A DNA stretch of 63,583 bases, counting the filler. It is 6 parts of 6 records of this genome, joined end to end, with 100 filler letters (N's around TTAATTAATTAA, not from the genome) between each part and the next. Parts side by side here need not be neighbours in the genome. Positions count along the whole stretch, not along the records: positions 10,428 to 18,899 come from SRR31156797_34227; positions 19,000 to 26,689 come from SRR31156797_34327; 4 more parts are not named here. One strand, given 5' to 3'. The notes beneath the pieces are model-generated. The model searched no databases, was not told where the DNA came from, and saw only the letters and a program-made list of their open reading frames with translations. Within the stretch, counting starts at the first letter, position 1. The number at the start of each line of letters is the position of its first letter. Both the position numbers and the translations under genes were made by a program. This document shows, in pieces, positions 10,642 to 22,100 of the stretch.

Positions 10642-13600
10642 CTACAAGCCCTCTAAAACCTCACGCGTCTTTTCAGGCCAAAAACCTATCGTGCCCATAT
10701 CGCTGAACATTCGAAGCGCTGTGTCCAATATTTCACGCGCCTCATCCAAACGCCCGCTTTTCCAGAAAAGCTCTCCTAAACAGTAGTATCCAAGAGCTGC
10801 AAATGCTTTCCCTTCTATATCCTCTGCAGTTTTAATTCCCGCTTTAATATATTCATCAGCTTTATCATATTGAGGTGGGTACCTCCCCCCCAGGATCCTA
10901 CCTAAAGCCATCATCGACATTGCTTGCATAGACTTTTCTTGATTATTTGTTGCCAGGGATAAGGCTTCTCGGGCAGCGTCAAGAGCTTTCTCATGTTCGC
11001 CTGAATCATACAGAAGCAAACTGAGACAGATATATGAAAAAGACAAGTAGGATTGTCTTCCTGCCTCGGTTTGTTGTTTGATTCCCATTTCAATATGTTC
11101 TTTGGATGTAGATAGATTACCCAGATAGTAATGAGCTAACCCTAAGTTTGCATGAATATATCCCAAAAAAATATCAAATCCCCCTAGTTCGCTCAATGCT
11201 ATACTTTTCTCTAAATGTTCGATACTTTCTTGTGCCTCCCCTTTCATAATCAAGATAATGCCGTAGTCTAGTTCTATCAGTGCTAATCCGAACAGATCGT
11301 TCATCCTGCCGGACAGATCAAGTGCCTTCTTAATCAATTCCAGACCTTTTTCTGTATTTCCCAAATATACTTGGCCATGGGCGTAGAACGCATGAAGCAC
11401 AGAGTGAATATTGACCTGTATACCAAAGAAGTCCGATTCTCTTTTGGTTTTTTCAAGCAGGTGGATGACCGTAGAAGCAACCTCACTAAGCTTGATGTAA
11501 TCTCCAAGCATTACATAAGTATTACTGAGTCCTAAGGCAAGAGGAGCCATCAGCTCTATATCTTCTGCTTTACTGGCTTCGTTGAAGCTGTTTTGGTTAT
11601 ACTTCAAGGCTGTCATGGGATTGCCTTTGTGATAATGATAATATCCGATCAGAAAATAAATACGGGCCAAACTTTTTTCATCACCCAATTCTTCGGCCAG
11701 TTTTTCGCCTTCCTCGAGAATATCAATAGAATCTTCCGGGAAAATCAGAGCCATCATGGGACCAGACATTGCCAATTGTACTTCAATCACCCTTTTTTTG
11801 TTTTCCTCTGTCTCTGGGAGGCAGCGAAGAATGTTTATTGCGGTTTTATAAAAACCAAAAGCCTCCCATTGAGAGTGATTGCTACAGGCCTTTTGACCAG
11901 ACTGCATCAGGTATTCAATAGCCTTCTCAAAGTGTTCGCTCTTAGAGTAGTGATAGGCTAATATCTCGTAAAATTCTTCCAGTCGCTCCACATAGAGCTG
12001 CTCGATGGCCCGGCCGATGTTCTCATGAATCTCCTTCCTTCGTTTGTGGAGCAGGCTGTTGTAGGCCACCTCTTGGGTCAGGGCGTGTTTGAAGATGTAT
12101 TCCAACTCCGGGAAGAGCTGTTTCTCGTAGATGAATTCCAAGCCTTGAAGGTTTAGGAGACAGGTTTTCAGGTCCTCGCGCATGTATGGGATGGACTGGA
12201 GAATGCGGAAGGCAAAGTCCCGGCCGATCACCGAGGCCACTTGCATGGTCCGTTTTATATTGTCTTCCAGACGGTCCATACGGGCGGCAATGATCCCCTG
12301 GATCGTATCCGGAACCTGGATATCCGACGGTTTTCGGCTCAGCACGAACCGGTCATCCTGCTTTTCTATGGAACCGTTTTCCAGGAGAGTATGTGTCAGT
12401 TCCTCCATGAAAAGCGGATTGCCCGCTGCCCTTCCCAGGATCAGCTCACTCAGTTCCGGGACGATCTCACCCCGGCCCAGGACGACCTGAACCAGTTCCG
12501 CGCTCGACTTTGTAGTCAACTGATCCAGACCGATGCGGTTGTAATAGGTCTTGCTGCCCCACTGGTGGCTGTATTCAGGCCGGTAAAGAAGCAGAAGAAG
12601 AATCCGGGATCCGGCCATCCAGTCAATGAAATAGCCCAGGAATTCTTCCGAGGATTTGTCCATCCAATGAAGGTCCTCGATAGTCAGGATCAACAGCCTC
12701 TCCTGACTAAGACGGATCAACAGATCCCGCAGAGCCTCAAAGGTCTTTTCCCGTTTCTCCTTGGGTTCAAGGTTGGTCCAGGCCTCGTCATCGACCTGGA
12801 CCGACAGCAGGTCTTGAAAGGGGGCCAGGGTCCACTTGAGCTGATCGTCCAGCTCCAGGATATTTACCGACAGTTTCTTTTTGACCAGGTATTCCCTTTC
12901 CCCTTCCTCGATCCCGCAATATTTTCGAAGGATATCCAGGAGCGGGAGAAAGGCCATGGTCCCGCCGAACTGTATGCAACGTCCTTCCAGATAGGTGAAG
13001 CCGTCTTCAATCCGAGTCCTGAATTCTAAAAGCAGCCGGGACTTGCCCACACCGGCCTCGCCCACTATGCCCACGACTTGACCGGCTCCTTCACGCACCT
13101 TTTCATAAGGCTCCATCAAGGCGGCCAAGGACTTTTTCCGGCCCACAAATTTTGTCAGGCCCTTGGCCACCGAGGCCTCGAATCTTGACCCGATATCGCT
13201 GGGCCTAAGTAATTGCCAGGCGTCCTGGGGATCCTCCTTGCCCTTAACTTCCACCCGGCCATAAGACTCGAACTCGAAGTAATCCCGGACCAGTTTATGG
13301 GCGTCGCCGGTGAGCATGACGGTTCCGGGCCGGGCCAGGCTTTCCATACGTGCGGCCAGGTTGGTGGTGTCGCCGACAGCGGTGTAGTCCATGCGCAGAT
13401 CGTCGCCGATGGCCCCGACAATGACAGGGCCGGAATTGATCCCGATACGCATTTTGAACTCTTTTCCGGTTTCCTTTTCGATTTTGGCCCCGTATTCCTT
13501 CATGGCCTTTTGAATGGCCAGGGCGGCTTGGCAGGCTCTCCGGGCATGGTCTTCATGAGCCACGGGCGCGCCGAACAGGGCCATGACCCCGTCGCCGGTG

Positions 13601-14007
13601 AACTGATTTATCGTGCCCTCATACTTGTGTATCTCGTCTATGAGGATCTTGAAGCAGCCATCCATAATCTGATGGACTTCTTCGGGATCGAGCTTCTCAG
13701 ACATGGCCGTGTAGTCGGCTACGTCGGCAAAGAGCACGGTCACCAGCTTGTGCTCGCCCTCGATGGAACTACGCGTGGTCAGGATCTTGTCGGCCAGGTG
13801 TTTGGGAGTGTAAGACTGGGGGGCTGTGTAATCAATTGGAGGCGCCTCTTTGGGCTCTCCCACATCATGGCCACAACCATCGCAAAATTTTGCCGAGGGA
13901 GGTAATAGTCTTTGGCAATCAGGGCATTCGAACTCAAGTGCATTTCCGCATTCAAGGCAAAAGCTAGCCCCGACACGATTCTCAAACTGACACTGCGGGC
14001 ATTGCAT
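10642..14007 (-). CDS. Double zinc ribbon / class III nucleotide cyclase / AAA (STAND-like) ATPase / TPR protein
   Basis: Four CxxC pairs at the N-terminus; VLFADV, TGDG and GDTTNLAARME cyclase motifs; Walker A GEAGVGKS; EDLHW; GNPLF; C-terminal TPR-like repeats. Confidence 0.92.
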   Translation of the reverse strand: MQCPQCQFENRVGASFCLECGNALEFECPDCQRLLPPSAKFCDGCGHDVGEPKEAPPIDYTAPQSYTPKHLADKILTTRSSIEGEHKLVTVLFADVADYTAMSEKLDPEEVHQIMDGCFKILIDEIHKYEGTINQFTGDGVMALFGAPVAHEDHARRACQAALAIQKAMKEYGAKIEKETGKEFKMRIGINSGPVIVGAIGDDLRMDYTAVGDTTNLAARMESLARPGTVMLTGDAHKLVRDYFEFESYGRVEVKGKEDPQDAWQLLRPSDIGSRFEASVAKGLTKFVGRKKSLAALMEPYEKVREGAGQVVGIVGEAGVGKSRLLLEFRTRIEDGFTYLEGRCIQFGGTMAFLPLLDILRKYCGIEEGEREYLVKKKLSVNILELDDQLKWTLAPFQDLLSVQVDDEAWTNLEPKEKREKTFEALRDLLIRLSQERLLILTIEDLHWMDKSSEEFLGYFIDWMAGSRILLLLLYRPEYSHQWGSKTYYNRIGLDQLTTKSSAELVQVVLGRGEIVPELSELILGRAAGNPLFMEELTHTLLENGSIEKQDDRFVLSRKPSDIQVPDTIQGIIAARMDRLEDNIKRTMQVASVIGRDFAFRILQSIPYMREDLKTCLLNLQGLEFIYEKQLFPELEYIFKHALTQEVAYNSLLHKRRKEIHENIGRAIEQLYVERLEEFYEILAYHYSKSEHFEKAIEYLMQSGQKACSNHSQWEAFGFYKTAINILRCLPETEENKKRVIEVQLAMSGPMMALIFPEDSIDILEEGEKLAEELGDEKSLARIYFLIGYYHYHKGNPMTALKYNQNSFNEASKAEDIELMAPLALGLSNTYVMLGDYIKLSEVASTVIHLLEKTKRESDFFGIQVNIHSVLHAFYAHGQVYLGNTEKGLELIKKALDLSGRMNDLFGLALIELDYGIILIMKGEAQESIEHLEKSIALSELGGFDIFLGYIHANLGLAHYYLGNLSTSKEHIEMGIKQQTEAGRQSYLSFSYICLSLLLYDSGEHEKALDAAREALSLATNNQEKSMQAMSMMALGRILGGRYPPQYDKADEYIKAGIKTAEDIEGKAFAALGYYCLGELFWKSGRLDEAREILDTALRMFSDMGTIGFWPEKTREVLEGL

Positions 14008-14891
14008 GGCGGCCCCCTTGCAGCTTGGTTATATGAAGTGATGGCTCGGATTAGTGAATAGAGTAACCAAAGCCCTTGGCAGCAACAAAAGCCCGATCGA
14101 ACGCTAAGGGTAGAAATGGAGGTGGAACGAGGAATCCTGCCCAAGGCCGAATCCTTAATTAAAGGATCAGGAATCCTAGCAGAATTGTCAAGGGCTTTCT
14201 TATGTTTGGACCTCTTACGGCTACTGGGGAATATGGTGTGAATGCAGCGGGCGTAGTACGAGAGATGTCAGTTTTTCTCAGAATAGATAAAATTATCGTT
14301 CATGGAAACGGCTTTTTTGCTCGGCTGCCTTGTATCGCATTATCTACACTGAAAGGAATGGCTGCGGCGGAGTAGGAATGATGATGATTGTTTGGTCATC
14401 GCTTGGGAAGCTGGTCACATTGCTGATAACAACATGCTGTGCGCTGTATTCAGCAAGCTGTTTCCTTGTTAAGAATATTGCCTTATTTTTATTGTTACGC
14501 GCCGATTTATTTAGATATTCGAATACGATTATAGTTCATCGCACTATTAGTAATCAGTGCTCATAAAACCTTTAATCATGCTATTATGGTTAGTCCAGCA
14601 AGCAAAAGCCAGTGACTGCCTAGGTGAAGAATATAAGGGGCTTCTTCAAATTCGTTCATTTTAGACCGGTTCAGATTAGAGATTAGCATTTCCCTGATCG
14701 GCAGTTCTTTGAGAATAGGCCCCTTGGGACTTGCTCGTCGGAAATGCAGCGCCGCAGCAGAGCAGAGCGCATCCCCGAATGCGTTCAGGGTCACTCAATG
14801 GATCTATCATGCTGATAATCATGATTAAACAACTGCGGCTCCAGATAAATCAGCCAACTTTTTGGATAAAAGCCTAAATTTGATTTTTTTG

Positions 14892-14920
14892 TTGACACAA
14901 ATTACAGGCTGGCTTATACT
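14892..14920 (+). promoter_or_regulatory. Sigma70 promoter of tetR
   Basis: TTGACA-N17-TATACT. Confidence 0.8.
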
Positions 14921-14940
14921 TAGGTTGTGCAACCAAACAA
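14921..14940. promoter_or_regulatory. Putative TetR operator 1 (autoregulatory)
   Basis: TAGGTTGTGCAACCAAACAA directly after the -10 box; 16/20 identical to the palindrome at 15610. Confidence 0.65.
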
Positions 14941-14955
14941 TAAAAGAGTGTGATT

Positions 14956-15540
14956 ATGGGAAGACCTAGTAACGCCCCTCAGAGGAGGGAACAAATTGTA
15001 TGGGCTCTATACGACTGTCTATCTGTAAATGGTCACGAAAAGGTCACTACAAAAGAAATCGCCGCTCAAGCCCAATTACCTCCTGGTGTAATCCATTATT
15101 ACTTTAATAGCAAAGATGAGATTGTTGCCAATTTGGCTGAAGCCATCACTGAGAAATATAGCAAACTACTAGAGCAAAAAGTGGCTGAGGCAACTTCAAG
15201 GGAAGAACGTATCGATTTAATAATCGACTTCCTCATTGATTTTATTTTTAATCGTAATCTAAACCGCGTCTTCTATAACCTTATACAGATGGCCTTCGAA
15301 AGAGAACAACTTCATCAAGTTATGAAAACAATGCTCAAGAACTATCGAAAGAAGCTTGCCGAGGTGTTTAGAGAAGCAGGCGCCGGTCAAGACAGTTCAT
15401 TATTAGGAGCGGCCTTGGTTGCGGTGACAGAAGGATTTACGGTGCAATTATTGGTAGATCCTGGTGCATTTAAAAGAGCCGAAGTCCGGCAACTAATCGC
15501 CCAGGCTGTGATGGATCGTTTGGCAGCTGTTGAAAGTTAA
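14956..15540 (+). CDS. TetR family transcriptional regulator (BetI-like)
   Basis: MGRP start; HTH segment TTKEIAAQAQLPPGVIHYYFNSKDE. Confidence 0.92.
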   Translation: MGRPSNAPQRREQIVWALYDCLSVNGHEKVTTKEIAAQAQLPPGVIHYYFNSKDEIVANLAEAITEKYSKLLEQKVAEATSREERIDLIIDFLIDFIFNRNLNRVFYNLIQMAFEREQLHQVMKTMLKNYRKKLAEVFREAGAGQDSSLLGAALVAVTEGFTVQLLVDPGAFKRAEVRQLIAQAVMDRLAAVES

Positions 15541-15609
15541 AGCAGATTTACCTGACTGAATTTAAGCGGCCCATGGAAGTGTAAATGCCGGTATTTTTTA
15601 CTGCTTTGT

Positions 15610-15629
15610 TAGGTTGTTCGACCAACCTA
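15610..15629. promoter_or_regulatory. Putative TetR operator 2
   Basis: Palindrome TAGGTTG-TTCGAC-CAACCTA, 41 bp upstream of the oxidoreductase. Confidence 0.7.
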
Positions 15630-15670
15630 TTTACTTGAAATTATTATTATGAAAAAAAAGGAGATTTAAC

Positions 15671-17008
15671 ATGCAAAATGATGATTTCAAAAAGAAAAGC
15701 TACTGGCTGACAACCAGGGAATACACGCCTGACGCCCCGTTAAGCGGAAGAGTCGATGTTGATGTTGCAATTGTAGGAGGTGGTTTTACTGGTCTGTCTA
15801 CAGCTTATCATCTAAAAAAATCCGACTCAAATTTGAGAGTGGCGCTTTTAGAAAGCCAGGTCATTGGTTATGGGGCCAGTGGAAGAAATGCAGGCTTTGT
15901 CATGACCAAAATCGGCATGATGCACAGTGTCACGGCAATTCGTTTCGGGAAGACCAAGACAAAGGAAGCGCATCATTATGCGGAGAGAGCAGTCGATTAT
16001 ACACGAGATCTGATCCGGGAATTGAATATAGACTGCGACTACGAACATTCAGGTTTTTTATGGGTGGCCACTTCCGAGAAATATAAAAAGCGTCTCCACA
16101 ACGAGTTGGAATTTATCGACAAGCTGGGCTTGAAAGGTATTGAGTTGATAGATGAAAAAGAGCTTTCAGACAGAGTGCGCAGCCCATTGTATGTAGGGGG
16201 AGCCTGGTGGGAACCTCGGAGCGGTATGCTAAATCCAGCCAAGCTAGCCTGGGGTTGGAAGGATATCATCACTCCGTTGGGTGTTCAGGTCTTCGAGAAT
16301 ACCCCGGTTGAGGAAATTAAGAAGGATGGTAAACAGTTTCGGTTGGAAACATCTGAAGGTAAGGTATACGCTGATAAAGTCGTTTTGGCAGCTAACGCCT
16401 GGTCTCATCATATATCGAAAGTTAAATTTAAGCAGACGCCGGTCTGGACCTATATCGTTCTCACCGAACCCCTAAATGAATACCAACTTAAGGAAATTGG
16501 CTGGGCCAGCCGCGAGACAATCGAAGACTTTCGCGATCTTGTGCATTACTACCGCTTAACTGCCGACAACCGGCTCCTTATAGGCGGACGGGATGTTTCC
16601 TTAAGTTGGGGAAAGAATATGGACTTGGACGAGAACGAGAAGATTTTTAAAGGATTGAAAAGAGATGTCGCGCAAACATTTCCGGCTTTAAATGGGATTC
16701 AGTTCACACATCAATGGGGAGGACCGGTGTCAGCCACCTTGGACTTGTTTCCCGCCATGGGCTACGTTGGCGACAAAAATATGATTTATTCTCTAGGACT
16801 GGTAGGGCACGGGGTTTCACTGTCCCAACTCAATGGCAGCACTTTAGCGGATCTCACCCTGGAACGGGATACGGATCTAACTCGCGCGTTTTTTGTAAAC
16901 CGAAGAACAATCCCGGTTCTTCCCGAACCATTCCGCAGAATAGGCTTTCAGGGAATCGTATCGTTCATGCGATGGGAGGATCGTAAATATGACGTTTTAA
17001 AGATGTAA
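15671..17008 (+). CDS. FAD-dependent amine oxidoreductase (DAO family, PuuB/OrdL-like)
   Basis: GGGFTG Rossmann motif, GYGASGRNAG, QWGGP, GHGV; RBS AAGGAG. Confidence 0.88.
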   Translation: MQNDDFKKKSYWLTTREYTPDAPLSGRVDVDVAIVGGGFTGLSTAYHLKKSDSNLRVALLESQVIGYGASGRNAGFVMTKIGMMHSVTAIRFGKTKTKEAHHYAERAVDYTRDLIRELNIDCDYEHSGFLWVATSEKYKKRLHNELEFIDKLGLKGIELIDEKELSDRVRSPLYVGGAWWEPRSGMLNPAKLAWGWKDIITPLGVQVFENTPVEEIKKDGKQFRLETSEGKVYADKVVLAANAWSHHISKVKFKQTPVWTYIVLTEPLNEYQLKEIGWASRETIEDFRDLVHYYRLTADNRLLIGGRDVSLSWGKNMDLDENEKIFKGLKRDVAQTFPALNGIQFTHQWGGPVSATLDLFPAMGYVGDKNMIYSLGLVGHGVSLSQLNGSTLADLTLERDTDLTRAFFVNRRTIPVLPEPFRRIGFQGIVSFMRWEDRKYDVLKM

Positions 17009-17104
17009 ATGGATGCTCAGACAACATATGTCGTTGGAGGAATGCTCTTTCAAACAAAGCTGTCCTTTGACCATGCGGGACCAAAAGCAGAAAGGAGTTT
17101 CAAG

Positions 17105-18583
17105 ATGACTTTTATTATTAGGAAATCCGTTTTTTTATTAACAGTCGCCGTATGTTTATTAATGAGCGTAGCGACCATTCATGCGGCCCAGAGTGAAAAA
17201 CCGAACGTAGTTATCATGATGGCCGATAACCTGGGCTATGGGGACGTTTCCTCGTACAATGGCGGCATCCGCGGTAAAATGCTCACACCCCGGATTGACC
17301 GATTGGCTTCAGAGGGGATGCGCTTCACCCAGTTTCTCGTCGAGCCCGGTTGCACCCCGAGCCGGGCCGGACTGATGACCGGCCGCTATTCGGTTCGCTC
17401 CGGTCTCTCACTCATCATCGCCCCCGGAGGAGTTAACACTTTGCAGCCGGAAGAAGTTACCCTGGGCGAGTTATTCAAGAGCGCGGGATACAACACAGCC
17501 TACGTCGGTAAATGGCACCTTGACGCAGAGCCGAAAAGCCAGCCGCAAAACCAGGGATTCGACCAGTGGCTAATAGGCTTCTCAGGTACGACGGATGTAG
17601 TCTCTTACTCGGAAAAAATGGCCGAAACAGGCGCCCCTGAACCTCTGCAAAAAGCCATGCAATACTGGATCGTCGAAGCGAAGGAACCAGGAAAACCCAA
17701 GGCGGTGCGGCCTTATGATCTGGAGTATCGCAAACAGATCGAAGGCGACATTGCCGAAGCCTCCATCGAATACATTAAACAGCAGGCCGCCGAGAAATCC
17801 CCCTTCTTCCTCATAGTCGGATGGACTCGCCCGCACTTTCCTAACGACGTGGCCCCGGAGTTTGAAGGTATATCCGGGACCGGCGAATATGGCGACAGCG
17901 TGGTTGAACTGGATCAACGGACTGGTGAAGTTCTCGACGCCATTTCCGAAGCCGGTATCGAGGACAACACAATTGTGATTTTCATCTCTGATAATGGTCC
18001 CACTACTACCGGCGGTTCGCTCGACGAACTATATGGCGGCGACACAGGACCTTTTCGCGGAGAACTCGGCGATGCATATGAGGGTTCGATCCGCACCGTG
18101 GGTATTGTCAAGTGGCCGGGGCGTATCAAATCCTCCGTTTCCAACGAAATGTTTGCCATTCACGATTTCTTTCCCACCCTGGCGAAGATTATCGGCGCCG
18201 AGGTTCCGAAAGACCGACCCATCGACGGGATTGATCAGATGGCTTTTCTGCTCGGACAGCAGGACAATTCAAACCGTGATCATCTGTTGACGTTCATTGG
18301 CGACCGCCTTGTGGCAGTGCGTTGGAGACAATGGCGGATGTATCCGGTCGAGTTCCTGGGTTCGCGGGGGAATCCTTCAACAGCCGGCTATGTCGGGACG
18401 ATCCGTGAGACCGCCGGTTATCCTCAGGCCTATAATATCGAGGCCGACCCCAAGGAGGAGGTCAACGTGATTCACACCAACGCCTGGCTGGGGGCTCCCT
18501 ATATGCAGCTGATCATGCAGTATCGAAAGTCGCTGCAAGGGCACCCAAATCCGCCGGCGCCGAACCTGACGGTTATTCGATAG
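17105..18583 (+). CDS. Exported Cys-type arylsulfatase
   Basis: RBS AAGGAG before ATG 17105; signal peptide; PNVVIMMADNLG, CTPSR formylglycine motif, GKWH, SDNG. Confidence 0.92.
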   Translation: MTFIIRKSVFLLTVAVCLLMSVATIHAAQSEKPNVVIMMADNLGYGDVSSYNGGIRGKMLTPRIDRLASEGMRFTQFLVEPGCTPSRAGLMTGRYSVRSGLSLIIAPGGVNTLQPEEVTLGELFKSAGYNTAYVGKWHLDAEPKSQPQNQGFDQWLIGFSGTTDVVSYSEKMAETGAPEPLQKAMQYWIVEAKEPGKPKAVRPYDLEYRKQIEGDIAEASIEYIKQQAAEKSPFFLIVGWTRPHFPNDVAPEFEGISGTGEYGDSVVELDQRTGEVLDAISEAGIEDNTIVIFISDNGPTTTGGSLDELYGGDTGPFRGELGDAYEGSIRTVGIVKWPGRIKSSVSNEMFAIHDFFPTLAKIIGAEVPKDRPIDGIDQMAFLLGQQDNSNRDHLLTFIGDRLVAVRWRQWRMYPVEFLGSRGNPSTAGYVGTIRETAGYPQAYNIEADPKEEVNVIHTNAWLGAPYMQLIMQYRKSLQGHPNPPAPNLTVIR

Positions 18584-18899
18584 AGTAGACATCGCGTCCT
18601 GACCTGCTGACAATCGGTTTCAGCGGACAGCGTTATCCTGTCGCCGCTGAACCGAATCGGTAAGGCTACTGATACCTGGCGACCATGTAGGTCAAGTAAC
18701 CACATAAAGCCCGACCAAACAGCATTTGGCGCAGGTTTGGTTTGCCTAACGCTTAAAATTAGTAACTGAAAACAAGGGGGCGGCCTATTACAACTGCTGT
18801 CGGATACGAGTGTAGAAAGCCAAGCCTTTCCTACTCAAGATGCCAAACCGCTCCGAGTGCATAAACTTACTAACTTATTGAATAATCAAGTTGTAAAAC

Positions 18900-18999
18900 N
18901 NNNNNNNNNNNNNNNNNNNNNNNNNNNNNNNNNNNNNNNNNNNTTAATTAATTAANNNNNNNNNNNNNNNNNNNNNNNNNNNNNNNNNNNNNNNNNNNN
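18900..18999. other. Artificial contig linker
   Basis: N44-TTAATTAATTAA-N44. Confidence 0.99.
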
Positions 19000-19065
19000 C
19001 GCCCGAAATTTCAAAAGCCCGTAATTATATGATGTTTGGCATATTAATGCAAGAGATTTTTTAAT

Positions 19066-19093
19066 GCAGAGACGCAAAATCTTGCGTCTTTAC
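19066..19093. repeat. Degenerate GTAG-type REP-like palindrome
   Basis: GCAGAGACGCAA-AATC-TTGCGTCTTTAC, just downstream of the S8 gene. Confidence 0.5.
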
Positions 19094-19104
19094 ATATCCT
19101 TCCT

Positions 19105-22100
19105 CTATTTCAAAAATATCATCTTTGCAGTTCTGATCTTCTTAGATTGTTCAAGCACATAAAGGTATATTCCGCTGGCATAAGTTGACATGTCAATATT
19201 GATCTTATTTATCCCAATAGCGGGGTTTGATATCTGTCTTGTCATTGTCAATTTACCATCAAGTGAATAGACTTTTAAATTAACCGGTGAGTAATCTCCA
19301 ACTAAATATTTGATCGTTGTTGATGGATTGAATGGATTGGGGGCATTGCCCAGTAATTCAAAACCCTGTGGTAAATTAATATTATTGATTCCGGTAAAAA
19401 CGTATGACAATGATCCTTTTCGTTCTGCTGATCCACGATGCATGGACCAAAAAACTTCCTGGCTTGCGTTTTTCAGATCAGTAACTGAGACACCCGAATA
19501 ATTCCCGGAGATGATATCCGGGTCGTTGTCATTGTCAATATCTGTGATCGCCAAGGCGGATTTAGATAAATATTTTGTGTTTATGGGGTATCCCGGCAGA
19601 AGCTCACCGCTTAGATCCAATGCATAAATATAGCCATTATTCCCCATTGCCAATATATGTGGTTCCATGGACAAATCATCTTGAACATCTGCAACGATCA
19701 AGGAATGATGAACAGAATTAATTTCTGTTGGCCAACCGGCCACCACAGAATCTCCGCCAACATCGATCATATAGACTTCGCCCTGAGTTGTAGCAAAAAA
19801 GGCATAAAGCTTATCAATATAAATGCATAAGGCGGGTGATGCTTTAATTGAGCCATCACCATCGATCATAAATCTTTGGGTACCATCAAGGTTATACCCA
19901 TACATATCACCCAGATCATTACCCCATAGAATAATGGCAGAACTGTCACCGGTCACGATAACTTGCGGTTCTGCTGTTGTTGAACCGCCTACATTAACCG
20001 GCATACCGCTTAACATGCTTCCATCTGAAGCAATTGCACCTAATTGTCCGTTCTTACTGACATAAACGATATCATCTTTTCCATCAGCATTCAAATCTGC
20101 AAGTGAAACGCCGCTATGTAAAAGCTGTCCCATTGTATAGGGGAAACCGGGAACATCCGTACTGTCATGGTTCAGAACATACATTTTTTGATCATAAGAG
20201 CCAACGACCACTTCAAGCTCGGGGTCATCATCAAGATTTCCGATAGCGGGAATGGCTGTAATAAAAAAGCCCGCATGGCGGCTCCATTCGTGTTTACCGG
20301 TAATATCATAAACTGATACCAGTTTATCAAAACCGGTTGCCACGATCTCCAGCGTATCATCCAAATCGATATCTGCAACAGCTATACCACCTGTCTGAGA
20401 ACCCAGAGAAACGGGAAAACCGGGAAGTGTATCTCCCAAATGATCCACGGCATAGATATTTCCGCCCTTATCGGCAAAAATAATCTCTTTTGTGTCATTA
20501 TCGTCAACATCAATGAACAGAGGTGATGCTTCAACTTCAGTCTCGGCATAGAAAGGAAAACCTTCCAGTTCTAGTGATAAGGATATTGTTAAGTGCTCTG
20601 TAAAGCTATACGCGGAACTTTCATCCGTTGCAGATTCCAGTATTAATTCAAATTCGTAGTCACCCGGCAATAGATCTTCTGAAAAAGTTACCGAATACCC
20701 GTTGCCGTCATTCAGGGCGCTGGTATTTTGTGGGATCGTACTCCAAATAGCAATACTGTCAGTGATCGTAATGCCTTCTTCGTTCGTTCTTAAAACACCC
20801 ATAACGTTAGATGCTTGAGACCAGCCCGAATCGTTCTTGACTTCGATCATCAAATTGACCGTTTCGCCGGGATTTAATATAATATCTCCATCACCGGAGC
20901 TAATGCTTTCAAATTGATCTTCAATACTTAAATTTGGCCATTCATCTGAAACCAGTGCTTTTAAAATATTAATTCGACCTGCCCCGATCTGCCCGGCGTA
21001 GGACGGATTCAGGTGATCGATCGGATCTGTGTTCGATATCATGCGGTCGATCAGCCAATCGTTACTGCTGTCCGGATAAACCGATTTCAATAAGGCAAAG
21101 CATGATGCTACAAAAGGCGAAGCCATGGATGTGCCCATTTTATAACCATAAGAGCTATTCTTTGTCAGCACCGTACTCAGCATGCTTTCACCCGGAGCGG
21201 AGAGATCCACACCGTAGAAGTTTCCGCTTGCAAATCCATAACTGGCCCAGGAAAAATTATCATTCGATCCAACTGCCGTAACCGATACGACATTATCGTA
21301 TCCCGAGGGGTAGTGGGGATCATCTTGTTCGATATCGTTCTCTGAATCAGCGCCATTACCGGCTGCCGCTACGACCATAGAGCCATAATTATTATATACG
21401 TTATTAATAATATCTTGAGCATAAGAGCTATAACCGGGGCCGCCCCATGAACAGTTGATAATATCAGCTCCCGCTTGAGCAGCATAAAGAATGCCATCCC
21501 AACCGGTATTAATACTTAAAACCGTTTCATCGCCCGTTGCCTTTACCGGCATAATGGAGATATTGTATGCGGCGGAAGCCACACCTTTATTATTGTCTGT
21601 AGTCGCACCTACAAGTCCAGCTACGTGGGTTCCATGATCATTGTTGGTGACCATAGGATTTCTATCATCATCCGAACTGGAACCGCTTGCGTCGGTATCC
21701 CAACCAATAATATTATCAATATAGCCATCGCTGTCATTATCGATCCCATCAACAAGAAAAGAACTCGATGAAATAACATCTCTAAGATCGCTTACTCCAT
21801 TAGAGTTGACATCCCCTACTCCATTTACAGCTTCTTCGGCTGTAACAAAGCCATCTTGATCGGCATCAATTAATGCTAAGTATGTCGCGATCTCATCCTG
21901 GTTGATCCAGATATTCTTCCAAAGATCGGGGTGTGTGTATTCTACGCCGTCATCCACGACAGCTACCACGATATTGCGATCACCGGGTATTTCTCCACCT
22001 TCAAGATCCCAGAGGTTCCAGGCTTCTTTAACTTTTGTTTTGCTTAAATACCATTGATTCCCGATCATGGGATCATCCGGTATTGCAAGAGTGCGCATGA

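Noticed and set aside
12241-13905. Long plus-strand ORFs (262 and 230 aa) inside the cyclase gene
   Set aside because: Antisense shadows of a GC-rich gene with no recognisable motifs.
14330-14794. Short ORFs and a GC-rich patch (about 14715-14795) between the cyclase and tetR
   Set aside because: No RBS or motifs; the patch could be a repeat remnant or RNA, but it is single-copy here and cannot be supported.
17009-17104. Extended N-terminus of the sulfatase in the ORF track
   Set aside because: The RBS and signal peptide favour ATG 17105.
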